Counted from the first letter of the stretch, positions 16,930-27,709 are shown. The stretch: DNA of 64,000 nucleotides from an uncultured virus (IMG/VR IMGVR_UViG_3300027861_000002) (IMGVR_UViG_3300027861_000002), one strand, 5' to 3'. Numbers and translations are program-made. The notes: generated by a model not told the origin, from the letters alone.

Positions 16930-17065
16930 AATTAGCTCTTGAGCGGATAAATGACATAAAGTGTCTTAAAACCTTTGAAGGTCTTTAGGTCGGGATATTA
17001 GAATAAAAGCCTATATCTACCCGTAATCTTTTTAAGCTAAGCCCCTTTAAACCGCCTAATTTTAA

Positions 17066-17139
17066 AGCAGTATGGTCGAATGGTTAGACATGGGACTTTG
17101 ACTCCCATTACGTAGGTTCAATTCCTACTACTGCTTCCA
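17066..17139 (+). tRNA. tRNA-Gln(TTG)
   Basis: Acceptor AGCAGTA/TACTGCT; anticodon arm TGGGA-CTTTGAC-TCCCA; T-arm GTAGG-TTCAATT-CCTAC; encoded CCA. Confidence 0.92.
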
Positions 17140-17144
17140 ATTTC

Positions 17145-17175
17145 AACCTTATAGGATTCCCTATAGGGTTTTTTT
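17145..17175 (+). terminator. Intrinsic terminator
   Basis: AACCTTATAGG...CCTATAGGGTT followed by a T tract. Confidence 0.75.
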
Positions 17176-17197
17176 ATCCCTAAAGGAAATTTATATC

Positions 17198-19165
17198 ATG
17201 GAAAAATTTAAACCATTTGCTAAGGCAATCAATGAAAGAATTACTAAACTATCTGAATATGACTTATTTGTTGTAGATACCCAAGGTATTAACCTAGAAG
17301 AGTTATATCTAGATTCATTTCCGAAAGGTACAGATCCAATCTTTAAAACCAACACAGAACATAACTGCAACTGTTGTAAGTCATTCATTAGACAGATGGG
17401 TAATGTAGTAGCTATTGTTGATGGGGAATTACAAACTATCTGGGATGTAGAAGTAGAATACCCTTATAGTACAGTAACTAAATCTATGGATTCTCTTGTT
17501 AAAAGCTGTGCTATTGAGAGTGTCTTCTATTCTGGTCATGGGAATATTGGTAGAGAATCTGATATCAAATTACTAGAATCAGATAGTACAATTGAATTTA
17601 ATCATTTCAATACTGTATTGGCTAGGAAGTTTGTTAAACAGAGTCCTGATTCATATAGTGGTAAATCTAAGACTAATTTTAAAGTTATTAAGAGAGCATT
17701 AGATGAATTTACTACTGAAGCAATTGGTACTGTATTAGAACTAATTAATGATAATGCTATTTATAGGGGTGAAGAGTTTAAGAATTCTGTAACTAGATTC
17801 TCAGTATTGAAAGCTCAATATATGACTAGCCCTAAAAAAGACTTAGTTATTTGGCAAGTAATTAAGGAGGGTTATAATTCATTTAGGAATTCAGTAATTG
17901 GCACTTTGATCCAAGATTTATCTAATGGTATGCCTGTTGAAGACGCAGTAAGAAGTTATGAAGTGAAGGTAGCTCCTAGTAATTACAAACGAACTACAGC
18001 TCTAATTACTAAAGCTCAAATTGAAAGAGCATTAGTTACTGTAGATGAGTTAGGTTTAAGAGAATCTCTTAATAGAAGATTTGCAGTTACAGAAGATGTA
18101 AGTATTAATAATGTTCTATTTGCTGATAGATCAGTTAGCCCTCTAATGAAAGATTCCTTATTGGATTCTTTAATGAAGGAAGCTAAAGGAGAAGCTATTC
18201 CTGATAGCACTGATATTACTACCCATGAATTTATGAATCAAGTATTACCTAGCTGTACCTCACTTGAAGTATTTGCTAAGAATAACCAAGAATCTAACCT
18301 GGTTAGCATTACTGCACCAATAACTAATACCAAAGGAATCTTTAAGTGGAATAACAACTTTGGTTGGTCTTACAAAGATAATGTTACTGATTCAATTAAA
18401 CAAAGGGTTAAGAAAGCTGGAGGTAATGTAGATGCTGAACTTAGATTTAGCTTATCTTGGTTCAATTCAGATGATTTAGATATTCATGTATATGATCCAA
18501 ATGATAATCATATTAGTTTTCAGCATATGATGGATAAGTTAGACGTAGATATGAATGCTGGTAACAATATTAATTCCATTGATCCAGTAGAGAATGTATC
18601 TTGGACTGAGCCAGATAAAGGTAGATATTTAATTGAAATTAACAACTACAGAAGACGTAATTCTGCTAATGTTGGATTTGAATTAGAGATTGCATGTAAT
18701 GGTACTACAACAAATTACTCATATTCTAAAGGACTACCTAATAAAGAAACTGTTAAGTGCCTAGTTTTAAATTATGATGGTAAATCATTAGCCAATGAAT
18801 ATACCAATCCTGACTTAGTTGAGGGCTCTCAATCCAAGGATATGTGGAATATCTCTACAGAGAAATTTGTACCTGTAAATATGATTATGCAATCACCTAA
18901 CCATTGGGATGAAAATGCTGTAGGTAATAAGCATTGGTTCTTCATACTAAAAGATTGTATCAATCCAGAGAAAACAAGGGGTATCTATAATGAATTCTTA
19001 AAACAGAACTTAAATGTTCACAGGAAAGTATTTGAAGTTTTAGGTGATAAAACTAAATGTGAATTATCTGATAACCAACTTAGTGGTTTAGGATTCTCTT
19101 CTACAAGGAAGGATGAAGTAATCATTAGAGTTGATAACCAACGAACTTATAACATTAAATTTTGA
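17198..19165 (+). CDS. Large conserved phage protein with a YfaP/DUF2135-like domain
   Basis: 655 aa; HNCNCCKSFI N-terminus, LRFSLSWFNSDDLDIHV...LDVDMN...PVENV, QLSGLGFSST C-terminus. Confidence 0.75.
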   Translation: MEKFKPFAKAINERITKLSEYDLFVVDTQGINLEELYLDSFPKGTDPIFKTNTEHNCNCCKSFIRQMGNVVAIVDGELQTIWDVEVEYPYSTVTKSMDSLVKSCAIESVFYSGHGNIGRESDIKLLESDSTIEFNHFNTVLARKFVKQSPDSYSGKSKTNFKVIKRALDEFTTEAIGTVLELINDNAIYRGEEFKNSVTRFSVLKAQYMTSPKKDLVIWQVIKEGYNSFRNSVIGTLIQDLSNGMPVEDAVRSYEVKVAPSNYKRTTALITKAQIERALVTVDELGLRESLNRRFAVTEDVSINNVLFADRSVSPLMKDSLLDSLMKEAKGEAIPDSTDITTHEFMNQVLPSCTSLEVFAKNNQESNLVSITAPITNTKGIFKWNNNFGWSYKDNVTDSIKQRVKKAGGNVDAELRFSLSWFNSDDLDIHVYDPNDNHISFQHMMDKLDVDMNAGNNINSIDPVENVSWTEPDKGRYLIEINNYRRRNSANVGFELEIACNGTTTNYSYSKGLPNKETVKCLVLNYDGKSLANEYTNPDLVEGSQSKDMWNISTEKFVPVNMIMQSPNHWDENAVGNKHWFFILKDCINPEKTRGIYNEFLKQNLNVHRKVFEVLGDKTKCELSDNQLSGLGFSSTRKDEVIIRVDNQRTYNIKF

Positions 19166-19174
19166 GGAAAAGAA

Positions 19175-19567
19175 ATGACTAATATTTTTGAACAAGCAAC
19201 AAGAGAACACCTACGATTTGATACTACTATTGGAACATTAACAGTAGAGGACTTATGGGAACTACCTTTAACTAGTAAAACTAAGTTGAATTTAGATGAT
19301 GTAGCGAAAGCTACTAATCGACTTATTCGTGAAACTGAGGAGGATAGTTTTGTAACTAAAAATGAAACTGATTCAGCTCTAATATTAATGATGGATATTG
19401 TTAAGCATATTATCTCTGTAAAGCTTGCTGAGAAGGATAAGCTTAAAGAAGCAAGAGAAAGCCAAGCTCGTAGGAAACTATTGGTAGAAGCTCTTCATGA
19501 GAAAGAAATCGATAGTATTAAAAGTATGTCTGAAGAAGATCTTAAGAAGGAACTAACTAACTGTTAA
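19175..19567 (+). CDS. Conserved helical phage protein (usual partner of the previous gene)
   Basis: IFEQATREHLRF...GTLTVEDLWELPL motif. Confidence 0.75.
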   Translation: MTNIFEQATREHLRFDTTIGTLTVEDLWELPLTSKTKLNLDDVAKATNRLIRETEEDSFVTKNETDSALILMMDIVKHIISVKLAEKDKLKEARESQARRKLLVEALHEKEIDSIKSMSEEDLKKELTNC

Positions 19568-19589
19568 GATTTACAATTAGTTAACTGAC

Positions 19590-19623
19590 AAAACCCTATA
19601 TGATTAGCTCTATAGGGTTTTTT
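19590..19623 (+). terminator. Intrinsic terminator
   Basis: AAAACCCTATA...TATAGGGTTTT followed by T. Confidence 0.75.
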
Positions 19624-19640
19624 AATTTAAAGGAAAATTA

Positions 19641-20663
19641 ATGGATATTAAAATTAATGAACTAGCACCGCTAATAATGGATGATCTTATATGTGGATTG
19701 GTTCCTTATATAACATCAGTCCCAGGTATTGGGAAAAGTGATGTAGTAAAAACTATTACTGAAGACTCCAATTTAGCATTAATAGATGTAAGATTATCAC
19801 AATGTGATAGTTCAGATTTATTGGGAATACCTAAATTAGGTACTGATAGACTTGAATTTGCACCACCAAAGATGTTCCCACTTGAAGGGGATAAGATCCC
19901 TGAAGGTAAGAAAGGATGGTTATTATTCTTTGATGAGTTCTCTTCAGCTAACAAGTCTGTAGAGGCTGCAGCATATAGAATTTTATTAGATAAACAGGTA
20001 GGTGAATTTAACTTACATAAAAAGGTAGCTATTGTATGTGCAGGTAATGGTACAGGACAAGGAGCTATTGCAAATAGATTAAGTACAGCTTCTCAATCAA
20101 GAATGATCCATTACAATTTAGTAACTGATGCAAATGCTTGGTGTGACTGGGCTATTACTAAACAAGTTCACCATAAGATTATTGGTTTCATTCAATTTAG
20201 ACCTGATTTACTACATGACTTTGACCCAAAACATAAAGACAATACTTTCCCTTGCCCACGTACATGGGAGTTCTTAGATAGAAAACTAAAACTATGGGGC
20301 GGAGAAATAGATGAAAGTAGATTACCCTCTGTTGCAGGAACTATTGGTTCAGGTGCTTCATTTGAGTTTAAAGCATTCTTAGATATATTTTCTAGGATAC
20401 CTTCTATGGATATACTTAAAAAGAATCCTAGCTTGATATCCGAATATACAGAGCCAAGTATGCAATATGCCTTATCAGCAACCATAGGACATAATACTAA
20501 TGCACATAACATTAAAGAAATGTTCCCTCTAATTGAAGCACTACCTTTAGAGTTTCAAGTAATTTGTATAAAACAATTAATCCAATCAGATAGAACAATT
20601 AAACGTAATCCTCTTATAGGTAAATGGGGTACGTTACATCGTTCAATATTAGTAGGAGACTAG
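19641..20663 (+). CDS. MoxR-like AAA+ ATPase (N4 gp24-like)
   Basis: PGIGKS Walker A, LLFFDE Walker B, CAGN, FPCPRTWE. Confidence 0.9.
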   Translation: MDIKINELAPLIMDDLICGLVPYITSVPGIGKSDVVKTITEDSNLALIDVRLSQCDSSDLLGIPKLGTDRLEFAPPKMFPLEGDKIPEGKKGWLLFFDEFSSANKSVEAAAYRILLDKQVGEFNLHKKVAIVCAGNGTGQGAIANRLSTASQSRMIHYNLVTDANAWCDWAITKQVHHKIIGFIQFRPDLLHDFDPKHKDNTFPCPRTWEFLDRKLKLWGGEIDESRLPSVAGTIGSGASFEFKAFLDIFSRIPSMDILKKNPSLISEYTEPSMQYALSATIGHNTNAHNIKEMFPLIEALPLEFQVICIKQLIQSDRTIKRNPLIGKWGTLHRSILVGD

Positions 20664-20664
20664 T

Positions 20665-21549
20665 ATGATCAAATATCAACAACAACAAGCTAATAGTTTT
20701 GAAGACTTATTTGCAGAAGAAACTCTAGGTGTAAAATTCAATTATAAATTTAATCCAGAAACACGAGTTAGATATATTGATTTTACTAAGTATGATCCTA
20801 TTGCTACGATAAATACCAAGCATTTTGAAGATGAAATAATTAAAACTTCATTTGGTTTTGAATCTGTACAATCACACCAGGTTTCTGTACATATTTCTAG
20901 AGATATTAACAATATTCCAGTTATTTTCTGCAATCTTAAATATGTTACAGATAAGTATAATCTATTTAACACAGAAGATAAGAGAGTACCTAAATCTAAC
21001 TTCCCAAATCAAAATTCAAAATTCATTATTTATAATGGTATTGCTAAAATGATAAAGGGGAAGGCAATAACTGAAACTATATTAAGACCTGATAATGTTA
21101 GGGAAACAGTAATTAATACTGAACCTATGACTATTGTTAGACCTGACAGAAAACTAAATAATAAGTATAAGCAACAAATACAAGATGAGGTAGATTCACT
21201 TAAAACACTAGATATTGTTGATCCAATCAATTCAGAGAATATTAAAGAATTATTTCCTAATGATGATGATTGGTCAATTACTAAATTAGTAATGGATTCA
21301 ATAAATAGGAATAACCGAAATCTAATATATTCAAGCATAGATTATAACCGATTAATTGAACTAGTATTTAATGATCCAATACTCAGTCACTTTATGATGT
21401 TAGACACTGGAAATCTTAGTGAATGGGGTTCATACGTAAATAGGGGTAACATACGTATTAACGCCAAAGGAATTAAAGATTTTCAAAAATTAATGTATCA
21501 CCCTAAAGCTATGTATTCATTGGATCAGGTAACCCTCAAGGAGAGATAA
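20665..21549 (+). CDS. Hypothetical protein
   Basis: 294-aa ORF between the ATPase and VWA genes. Confidence 0.75.
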   Translation: MIKYQQQQANSFEDLFAEETLGVKFNYKFNPETRVRYIDFTKYDPIATINTKHFEDEIIKTSFGFESVQSHQVSVHISRDINNIPVIFCNLKYVTDKYNLFNTEDKRVPKSNFPNQNSKFIIYNGIAKMIKGKAITETILRPDNVRETVINTEPMTIVRPDRKLNNKYKQQIQDEVDSLKTLDIVDPINSENIKELFPNDDDWSITKLVMDSINRNNRNLIYSSIDYNRLIELVFNDPILSHFMMLDTGNLSEWGSYVNRGNIRINAKGIKDFQKLMYHPKAMYSLDQVTLKER

Positions 21550-21551
21550 CA

Positions 21552-22664
21552 ATGGAAGACCTAGACAAAGCTCTTTTACAAGCAAAAATGGGTATAGTTC
21601 GTAAGTCAGCATTCTGGTCTACTATTTGTTTTGGATTAAAACATGCATTTATTATAGATCCAGAAATACCTAGAGCAGGTACTGATGGAACTTCAATATT
21701 TTATAATCCTGATTTCTTTATGGGATTAACTAAAGAAGAAAGGATATTTGTAATAGCACATGAATTAGGACATGTAGCATTAAGCCATATGACCCGTAGA
21801 GGGAATAGAGATCATAAGAAGTTCAATTATGCAGGAGACTTTAAAATTAATTATATGTTACACGCAGAGGGATACTGCTTGATTAATGATATATTATACG
21901 ATGAAAAGTATGACCATACTTGGACTACTGAAGCTATCTATGACGACTTACCTGATCCTAAAAATAATGAACCAGGAGGATTAGGTTTAGACATCTTGGA
22001 TCCAAAAGGAAAGCATAGTCAGGGTAAGAATGAACAAACTGTGGATTTAGAAATAAAAGCATTACTTGCTAGAGCAATTACTCAATCTAAGATGGCCAAA
22101 GAATACGGGAACTTACCTGGGGATATTAGGGCAGAGTTTGATGACCTATTATCACCTAAATTAACTTGGTATGAATTGTTATCTAATTATGTGGATGGGT
22201 TTATCAAAGAAGACTACTCTTGGAGAAGACCTAATAAGAAATTCTTACCACATTTCTACTTACCTACAGCTTACTCAGAGAGACTAGCTAATTTAACTAT
22301 TGGTGTTGACACTTCTGCATCAATATCTAAAGAAGATATTACTAAAATGGTATCTGAGTTAAACACTATCAAAGAGGAATTTAAGCCTGAATTATTAACT
22401 GTAATTGATTGCGATACTAAAATACATGCAATTCATGAATTAACTAATGATATGGATATAAGAGAATTATACTTCACAGGTAGAGGTGGTACTTCATTCC
22501 AACCAGTATTTGATTACTGTGAGGATAATGTTCCTGTATGCCTTATATACTTCACTGACTTATATTCAGATTTCCCTCCTGAACCAGATTATCCTGTTAT
22601 ATGGGTAAACATAGATAATGATCGAGAAGCTCCCTATGGAGTCACAATCCATTATGAGAGGTGA
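21552..22664 (+). CDS. Metallopeptidase-like / VWA domain protein (DUF2201, N4 gp25-like)
   Basis: AGTDG, HELGH zinc motif, VDTSAS MIDAS, GRGGTSF, YFTD. Confidence 0.9.
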   Translation: MEDLDKALLQAKMGIVRKSAFWSTICFGLKHAFIIDPEIPRAGTDGTSIFYNPDFFMGLTKEERIFVIAHELGHVALSHMTRRGNRDHKKFNYAGDFKINYMLHAEGYCLINDILYDEKYDHTWTTEAIYDDLPDPKNNEPGGLGLDILDPKGKHSQGKNEQTVDLEIKALLARAITQSKMAKEYGNLPGDIRAEFDDLLSPKLTWYELLSNYVDGFIKEDYSWRRPNKKFLPHFYLPTAYSERLANLTIGVDTSASISKEDITKMVSELNTIKEEFKPELLTVIDCDTKIHAIHELTNDMDIRELYFTGRGGTSFQPVFDYCEDNVPVCLIYFTDLYSDFPPEPDYPVIWVNIDNDREAPYGVTIHYER

Positions 22665-22667
22665 TAC

Positions 22668-22985
22668 ATGGCTAAAGATAGGTATCTCTTATCTGAGTTC
22701 ATAAAAGCAGAAACTAGTAAAATGATTATAAGTTATGATCTAGATATTAATATACATGCATATTCCAACTATATACGTAAATATATTAATAGTATTAATA
22801 CTAGGTCTGAACAAATTTGGTTAATAACTGTTAAATTACGATACTTAGATTTAGGTGCTTACTATGTAAATCCAGATAAACTACAAAAAACAGTTCCAAA
22901 TCCTATCCTACTAAATAAAATAAATAATCCAGCAATGGAAGATGTTATCAAACTACTCAACACATTAGCTCTAGTTAACGATTAA
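22668..22985 (+). CDS. Hypothetical protein
   Basis: 105 aa, GAGG RBS. Confidence 0.65.
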   Translation: MAKDRYLLSEFIKAETSKMIISYDLDINIHAYSNYIRKYINSINTRSEQIWLITVKLRYLDLGAYYVNPDKLQKTVPNPILLNKINNPAMEDVIKLLNTLALVND

Positions 22986-23038
22986 AGCTAATTTAAAGGG
23001 GGTACACTGTACGATCACATATAGAGGTAAACAAACTG

Positions 23039-24181
23039 ATGGATGACATAAAATTAACCGAGAAACAGGACACAGTTCTGTTTGCTATAGCACAATGGTT
23101 TATATCAAAAGAAACCCCTTATTACAGGTTAGGTGGTGTAGCTGGATCTGGAAAAAGTGTTTTAATATCTCACCTAAATGATGCTATTAATACTATGGAA
23201 CTAGTTGATGAAGTAGATGATAGGGGTATAGGTATTATGGCTCTATCTTGGAAAGCAGCTAATGTTTTGAAAAGTAAAGGTTTACCTGCATCCTCAATAC
23301 ATTCAATTATATATCATTCCCAGAAAATAGGTCCAAATGAGTATAGACAAACCATAAAATCAAAACAGGCAATGACTGCACACTATAAGTTGTTTGTTGT
23401 AGATGAAGCTTCTATGGTGAATGAACAATTGAGGGATGATTTACTTTATTTTGAGATACCTATTTTATTTGTAGGGGATAATGCACAGTTACCCCCTATA
23501 ACTAACAATATACTTGATAGGTATTTTATGCGTAATCCTGATTCTGAACTAACCACAGTACATAGAGTTGCAAATGAAAATCCTATTATTAGATTAGCTA
23601 CTCATATTAGAAATGGTGGGGAATTACCTGATGTAGGTATTTATAAAGATAAGATTCAAGTAATACATAGGAATCAACTTACTGATGAATATTTACTTGG
23701 ATCAGATATAGTTATTTGTGGATACAACAAATCTAGAATTAAATTAAATAATATAATCAGATCACTTAAAGGAATTGATCCAACACAACAACCACAAATA
23801 AATGAAACACTTATGTGTACTCAAAATAGTAAACGTATAGGTATATATAATGGTGACATGTTTAATGTAGAAACACATATTAATTCAAACACTAATACTG
23901 TCAATGAGCAGTTTGAATTACACATAAGACTTAAAACCCTAACTCATGAAAATAAATGTGTACTAATCAATATGCCTGACTACTCAAATAGAGACTATGC
24001 ACAAGGAGCTGTAAATATGACTTTTGGTTATGCAATTACTTGTCATAAAGCACAAGGAAGTGAGTATAAGAATGTATTGGTATTCACAAATGAAGCTATG
24101 GGTAAGACTAAAGAAGATAAAACTAAGTGGCTTTATACAGCAATAACTAGAGCAAAGGATAAACTAATATTGGTGGTATAG
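23039..24181 (+). CDS. SF1B (RecD/Dda-like) DNA helicase
   Basis: GVAGSGKS, VDEASM, GDNAQLPP, HR, YAITCHKAQGSEY, LYTAITRA. Confidence 0.93.
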   Translation: MDDIKLTEKQDTVLFAIAQWFISKETPYYRLGGVAGSGKSVLISHLNDAINTMELVDEVDDRGIGIMALSWKAANVLKSKGLPASSIHSIIYHSQKIGPNEYRQTIKSKQAMTAHYKLFVVDEASMVNEQLRDDLLYFEIPILFVGDNAQLPPITNNILDRYFMRNPDSELTTVHRVANENPIIRLATHIRNGGELPDVGIYKDKIQVIHRNQLTDEYLLGSDIVICGYNKSRIKLNNIIRSLKGIDPTQQPQINETLMCTQNSKRIGIYNGDMFNVETHINSNTNTVNEQFELHIRLKTLTHENKCVLINMPDYSNRDYAQGAVNMTFGYAITCHKAQGSEYKNVLVFTNEAMGKTKEDKTKWLYTAITRAKDKLILVV

Positions 24182-25669
24182 ATGAAGTATTATACTTACA
24201 CAGAAGAAGTAAATGAAGCATACGTAGTAGCAGTACTAATCAAAGATACTGCATTCAAAGAAGTTAACCTAAAGGAATACTATTTAAACCCATTAAACGA
24301 ACTAGGGGTACCTAAAGAGAAGGTAATCTTTATTGGGTTAAAATATAACCCTAACGGAAAGATCTCTGCTACAGAGCAGAAGGAATATCTAGATTTAATT
24401 AAACCATATCTAGAAGAGCTACAAGTAAAACTCTTACTTGTTACTGATGGAAAGTACTTTAAAACTTTAACCAAAAAACCAAAGGTAGAACCTTACTATG
24501 GGTATAAAGTTGAATGTGCTTACAAAGGGTATGAAGAGTATACAGCAGTATTAAGTATTAACTCTGAAGCTCTATTCTATAAACCTGATTTACAAGTAAA
24601 ACTAACTAAGAGTTTACATATAGTGAACTCAATCCTATGTGAAACATATGTGGATCCAGGTATACGTGAATTTGGTATTCAAGCTCTTTTTGATAGGGAA
24701 TCTATCGAGAAAAAACTACTAAACTATTTAACTGAACCCATTCTTACCTGTGACATAGAAACGTCTGGTTTATCCCTTACCAACTCGATAATTTCTATCT
24801 CATTTGCTAAGAACGAAAATGAGGCCATTGCTTTCCCTATTGCAGAGGAAAACAAAGCTACATTAAGAACTTGGTTCACATTATATAAAGGTACTCTCAT
24901 ATTTCATAACTGTACATTTGATATAAAAATGCTTATCTACCATCTATTTATGAATGATCCGTTGGATATGGAAGGTCTAATTGATGGATTAGAGGTAATG
25001 TTCAGATCCATAGAAGATACTAAATTAATCATTTATTTAGCTACCAATAATACTGCAGGTAATAACCTAAAACTAAAAGATAACAGTGCAGATTTCCTAG
25101 GTAACTATGGATTGATTAATTCAGATACAGATGTAACTAACATTCCTATGGATCAATTACTTGAATATAACGCTAAGGACTGTCTAGCTACTTGGTATGT
25201 CTATAACAAGTTTAAACCAATGATGATTGCTGATGAACAGGAGAACCTATACAAGGAAATATTTATTCCAAGTGCAAAAGTTATTTGCCACATGGAACTT
25301 ATAGGTATGCCTATGGATATGGATCAAGTACAACATGCTAAATCCTATCTAGAAGATATCATTGCTAAGCAGTATCAAATATTTAATAAATCTAGAATCA
25401 TAAAGAAGTTTACTTGGGAGCTGAACAGATTGGAAATGATCAAAGCTAACGCTAAATTGAAATCTAAGGTTAAATCTATTATGGACTTTGATGTGGAATA
25501 TAACCCTAACTCAGGTAACCATAACCAAAATCTAATCTATGATTTCATGGGTAATGAAGTAATAGACACTACTGATTCAGGATTGCCCGCTACAGGTAAG
25601 GAAACGCTAGAGAAGGTACTTAATAAACTCATCCATGAACATGGAATAACAGAAGACGAACTTAAATAA
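24182..25669 (+). CDS. Family A DNA polymerase, N-terminal part (3'-5' exonuclease and start of polymerase domain)
   Basis: ExoI CDIETSG, ExoII FHNCTFD, ExoIII YNAKD, MELIGMPMD, YNPNS; ends before motif A. Confidence 0.9.
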   Translation: MKYYTYTEEVNEAYVVAVLIKDTAFKEVNLKEYYLNPLNELGVPKEKVIFIGLKYNPNGKISATEQKEYLDLIKPYLEELQVKLLLVTDGKYFKTLTKKPKVEPYYGYKVECAYKGYEEYTAVLSINSEALFYKPDLQVKLTKSLHIVNSILCETYVDPGIREFGIQALFDRESIEKKLLNYLTEPILTCDIETSGLSLTNSIISISFAKNENEAIAFPIAEENKATLRTWFTLYKGTLIFHNCTFDIKMLIYHLFMNDPLDMEGLIDGLEVMFRSIEDTKLIIYLATNNTAGNNLKLKDNSADFLGNYGLINSDTDVTNIPMDQLLEYNAKDCLATWYVYNKFKPMMIADEQENLYKEIFIPSAKVICHMELIGMPMDMDQVQHAKSYLEDIIAKQYQIFNKSRIIKKFTWELNRLEMIKANAKLKSKVKSIMDFDVEYNPNSGNHNQNLIYDFMGNEVIDTTDSGLPATGKETLEKVLNKLIHEHGITEDELK

Positions 25670-25682
25670 AAAGGAAATAACA

Positions 25683-26264
25683 ATGTCATTATTACTAAGA
25701 AAAGCAACACAAGATTTATTAATTAAATTTAATTTAGGAGAATATCATATAGATATTAATCAAGAGTTAGATATGGTTATTGTAGGAGAATGCGGCAACT
25801 ATTTATGTACAGTTAAAGGTGTAACTTTTAGTAGAAAATCTCCTACAAAAGCTGAAATAAATTTTGCTGTAGAATTACTTAACAAATTTCTAACTACACA
25901 TAAATCTAAAATAAACAAAGTTATCTCAACTAAAGCAGATTGGAAACTTAATTCCCCAAATGAAAATTTATGGTCAGGGAACAAAATCAGACAAATTGAC
26001 ACTGATGAGCAGTCTATTAGTGTTTACTTCAAAAAAGGATTAGATTCTAGAGTAATTTTCTATAAAAAAGACCTAACATTAATTAAAGTATACTTACCTG
26101 GTTATGGTAGTGAATCAATTAATGTAGCTGACTTAAATACATTCCTTAAGGGTAAAAAGATGCAGAATAAATATTTACACATTTTGGATCAAAAATTAAT
26201 TGAGGATGACTTACATAAAAAATACAATGCTGCAATAAACGCACTTAATACCTGTGCTATCTAA
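25683..26264 (+). CDS. Hypothetical protein inserted between the DNA polymerase halves
   Basis: 193 aa, own AAGGA RBS; stop overlaps the polymerase C-part start. Confidence 0.75.
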   Translation: MSLLLRKATQDLLIKFNLGEYHIDINQELDMVIVGECGNYLCTVKGVTFSRKSPTKAEINFAVELLNKFLTTHKSKINKVISTKADWKLNSPNENLWSGNKIRQIDTDEQSISVYFKKGLDSRVIFYKKDLTLIKVYLPGYGSESINVADLNTFLKGKKMQNKYLHILDQKLIEDDLHKKYNAAINALNTCAI

Positions 26265-27394
26265 TGAATAGATCTGAAGCCATAGAACAGGCAAGGATTA
26301 TTAAAGCTCTAATTACTCTTACTGAAGTATCTAAGATTACAGGTACTTTCATTAAAGCATTTGAAGAGAAGTCATTTACTAAGGAAGATGGTATTAACTA
26401 TCTTCATGGAAACTTTAACTCAGGAGGAACCAAATCAGGAAGACTATCCAGTTCATCACCGAATTTACAAAATATCCCTAGTACTGGTAACCCACACTCT
26501 AAAATAGTAAAGAAATGCTTTAAGCCACCTAGTGGCTGGCTCTTTGTGGGAGCAGATTTTAGTTCTTTAGAAGCTAAAATTGGTGCTTTATTAACAAAAG
26601 ATCCTGCTAAATTAGGTATATACACTGAAGGCTACGATATGCACTCATTCAATGCTTTTGGGTATTGGGGGGATAAAATGCCTGATATACAATTAGAATT
26701 AACTAAGGCTAATTCAATTAAAGAAAGGGTGTATATAATTAACTCAATTAAAGATAAATACCCTGAATTTCGACAAGCATCAAAAACAATAACCTTTGCT
26801 GCACAATACGGGGGAAGTTATAAGACATTTATGGATTCAGGTTTTTCAATGGAAGAAGCTAAACAAATTGAAGCTAACTACAACAAACTATACGAAACAT
26901 CTATTACTTGGGCAGAAGATAAAATTAAACAAGCTAGTAAAGATGGGTTTGTGACCTGTGCTTTTGGATTGAAGTTAAGAACACCAATTATAGGTCAAGT
27001 AGTTATGGGTACGTCTAGCACACCTTATGAAGCTTTAGCAGAAGCCAGAACAGCTGGGAATGCTATGCAACAAGGGTATGGATTACTTAATAATAGATCA
27101 GCAATAGAGTTCCAAGAACTGCTATTAAACAGTGAATTCAGGTATAATATTAAGCCTAGTTGTCATATACATGATGCACAATATTTCCTTGTAAAGGAAG
27201 ACGTAGATACCATTCATTGGTTAAACCAAAACCTAATTAAATGTATGTCTTGGCAAGAACTACCTGAACTAAAGCATGATCAAGTAAAGCTAGGAGCAGA
27301 GTTAGATCTGTTCATACCTGACTGGTCAGAACACATAACACTCCCCAATGGGGCAACTAAAGAACAAATAGGAGATATATTAAATGAGAAGTGA
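26264..27394 (+). CDS. Family A DNA polymerase, C-terminal catalytic part
   Basis: TKSGRLSSSSPNLQNIP, motif A ADFSSLE, motif B RQASKTITFAAQYG, motif C HIHDAQY. Confidence 0.93.
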   Translation: MNRSEAIEQARIIKALITLTEVSKITGTFIKAFEEKSFTKEDGINYLHGNFNSGGTKSGRLSSSSPNLQNIPSTGNPHSKIVKKCFKPPSGWLFVGADFSSLEAKIGALLTKDPAKLGIYTEGYDMHSFNAFGYWGDKMPDIQLELTKANSIKERVYIINSIKDKYPEFRQASKTITFAAQYGGSYKTFMDSGFSMEEAKQIEANYNKLYETSITWAEDKIKQASKDGFVTCAFGLKLRTPIIGQVVMGTSSTPYEALAEARTAGNAMQQGYGLLNNRSAIEFQELLLNSEFRYNIKPSCHIHDAQYFLVKEDVDTIHWLNQNLIKCMSWQELPELKHDQVKLGAELDLFIPDWSEHITLPNGATKEQIGDILNEK

Positions 27395-27686
27395 TGAGGA
27401 CAGTTCATACACTTATGTATGCGAGGAAACTACTCGACAAAATAAACAATTTAAATTCACAACTTCAAAAAGCTTTCATAGTTTAATGATGGATCAGTTT
27501 GCTAGTATGCGAGATGAATTAATAGAGCAACATAACTCTGAGGATATAGTGGGTGATATAGTTTATGAGATTTCTTTAAATAATAAGCAGGAAAATGGCT
27601 ATATCCTTGGATGTAGAATTGATAAAGCTGGAGTAAGTAATAAATACTCAGAAATATATACAGCATGGGATTGTCGTGACTATTAA
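27384..27686 (+). CDS. Hypothetical protein
   Basis: 100 aa, AGGAG RBS. Confidence 0.65.
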   Translation: MRSDEDSSYTYVCEETTRQNKQFKFTTSKSFHSLMMDQFASMRDELIEQHNSEDIVGDIVYEISLNNKQENGYILGCRIDKAGVSNKYSEIYTAWDCRDY

Positions 27687-27709
27687 AGAACAAATACAGG
27701 AGATATTAA

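Noticed and set aside
25669..26264. Intron or split intein interrupting the DNA polymerase
   Set aside because: No group I P/Q/R/S elements, intein terminal motifs or recognisable endonuclease motif were seen.
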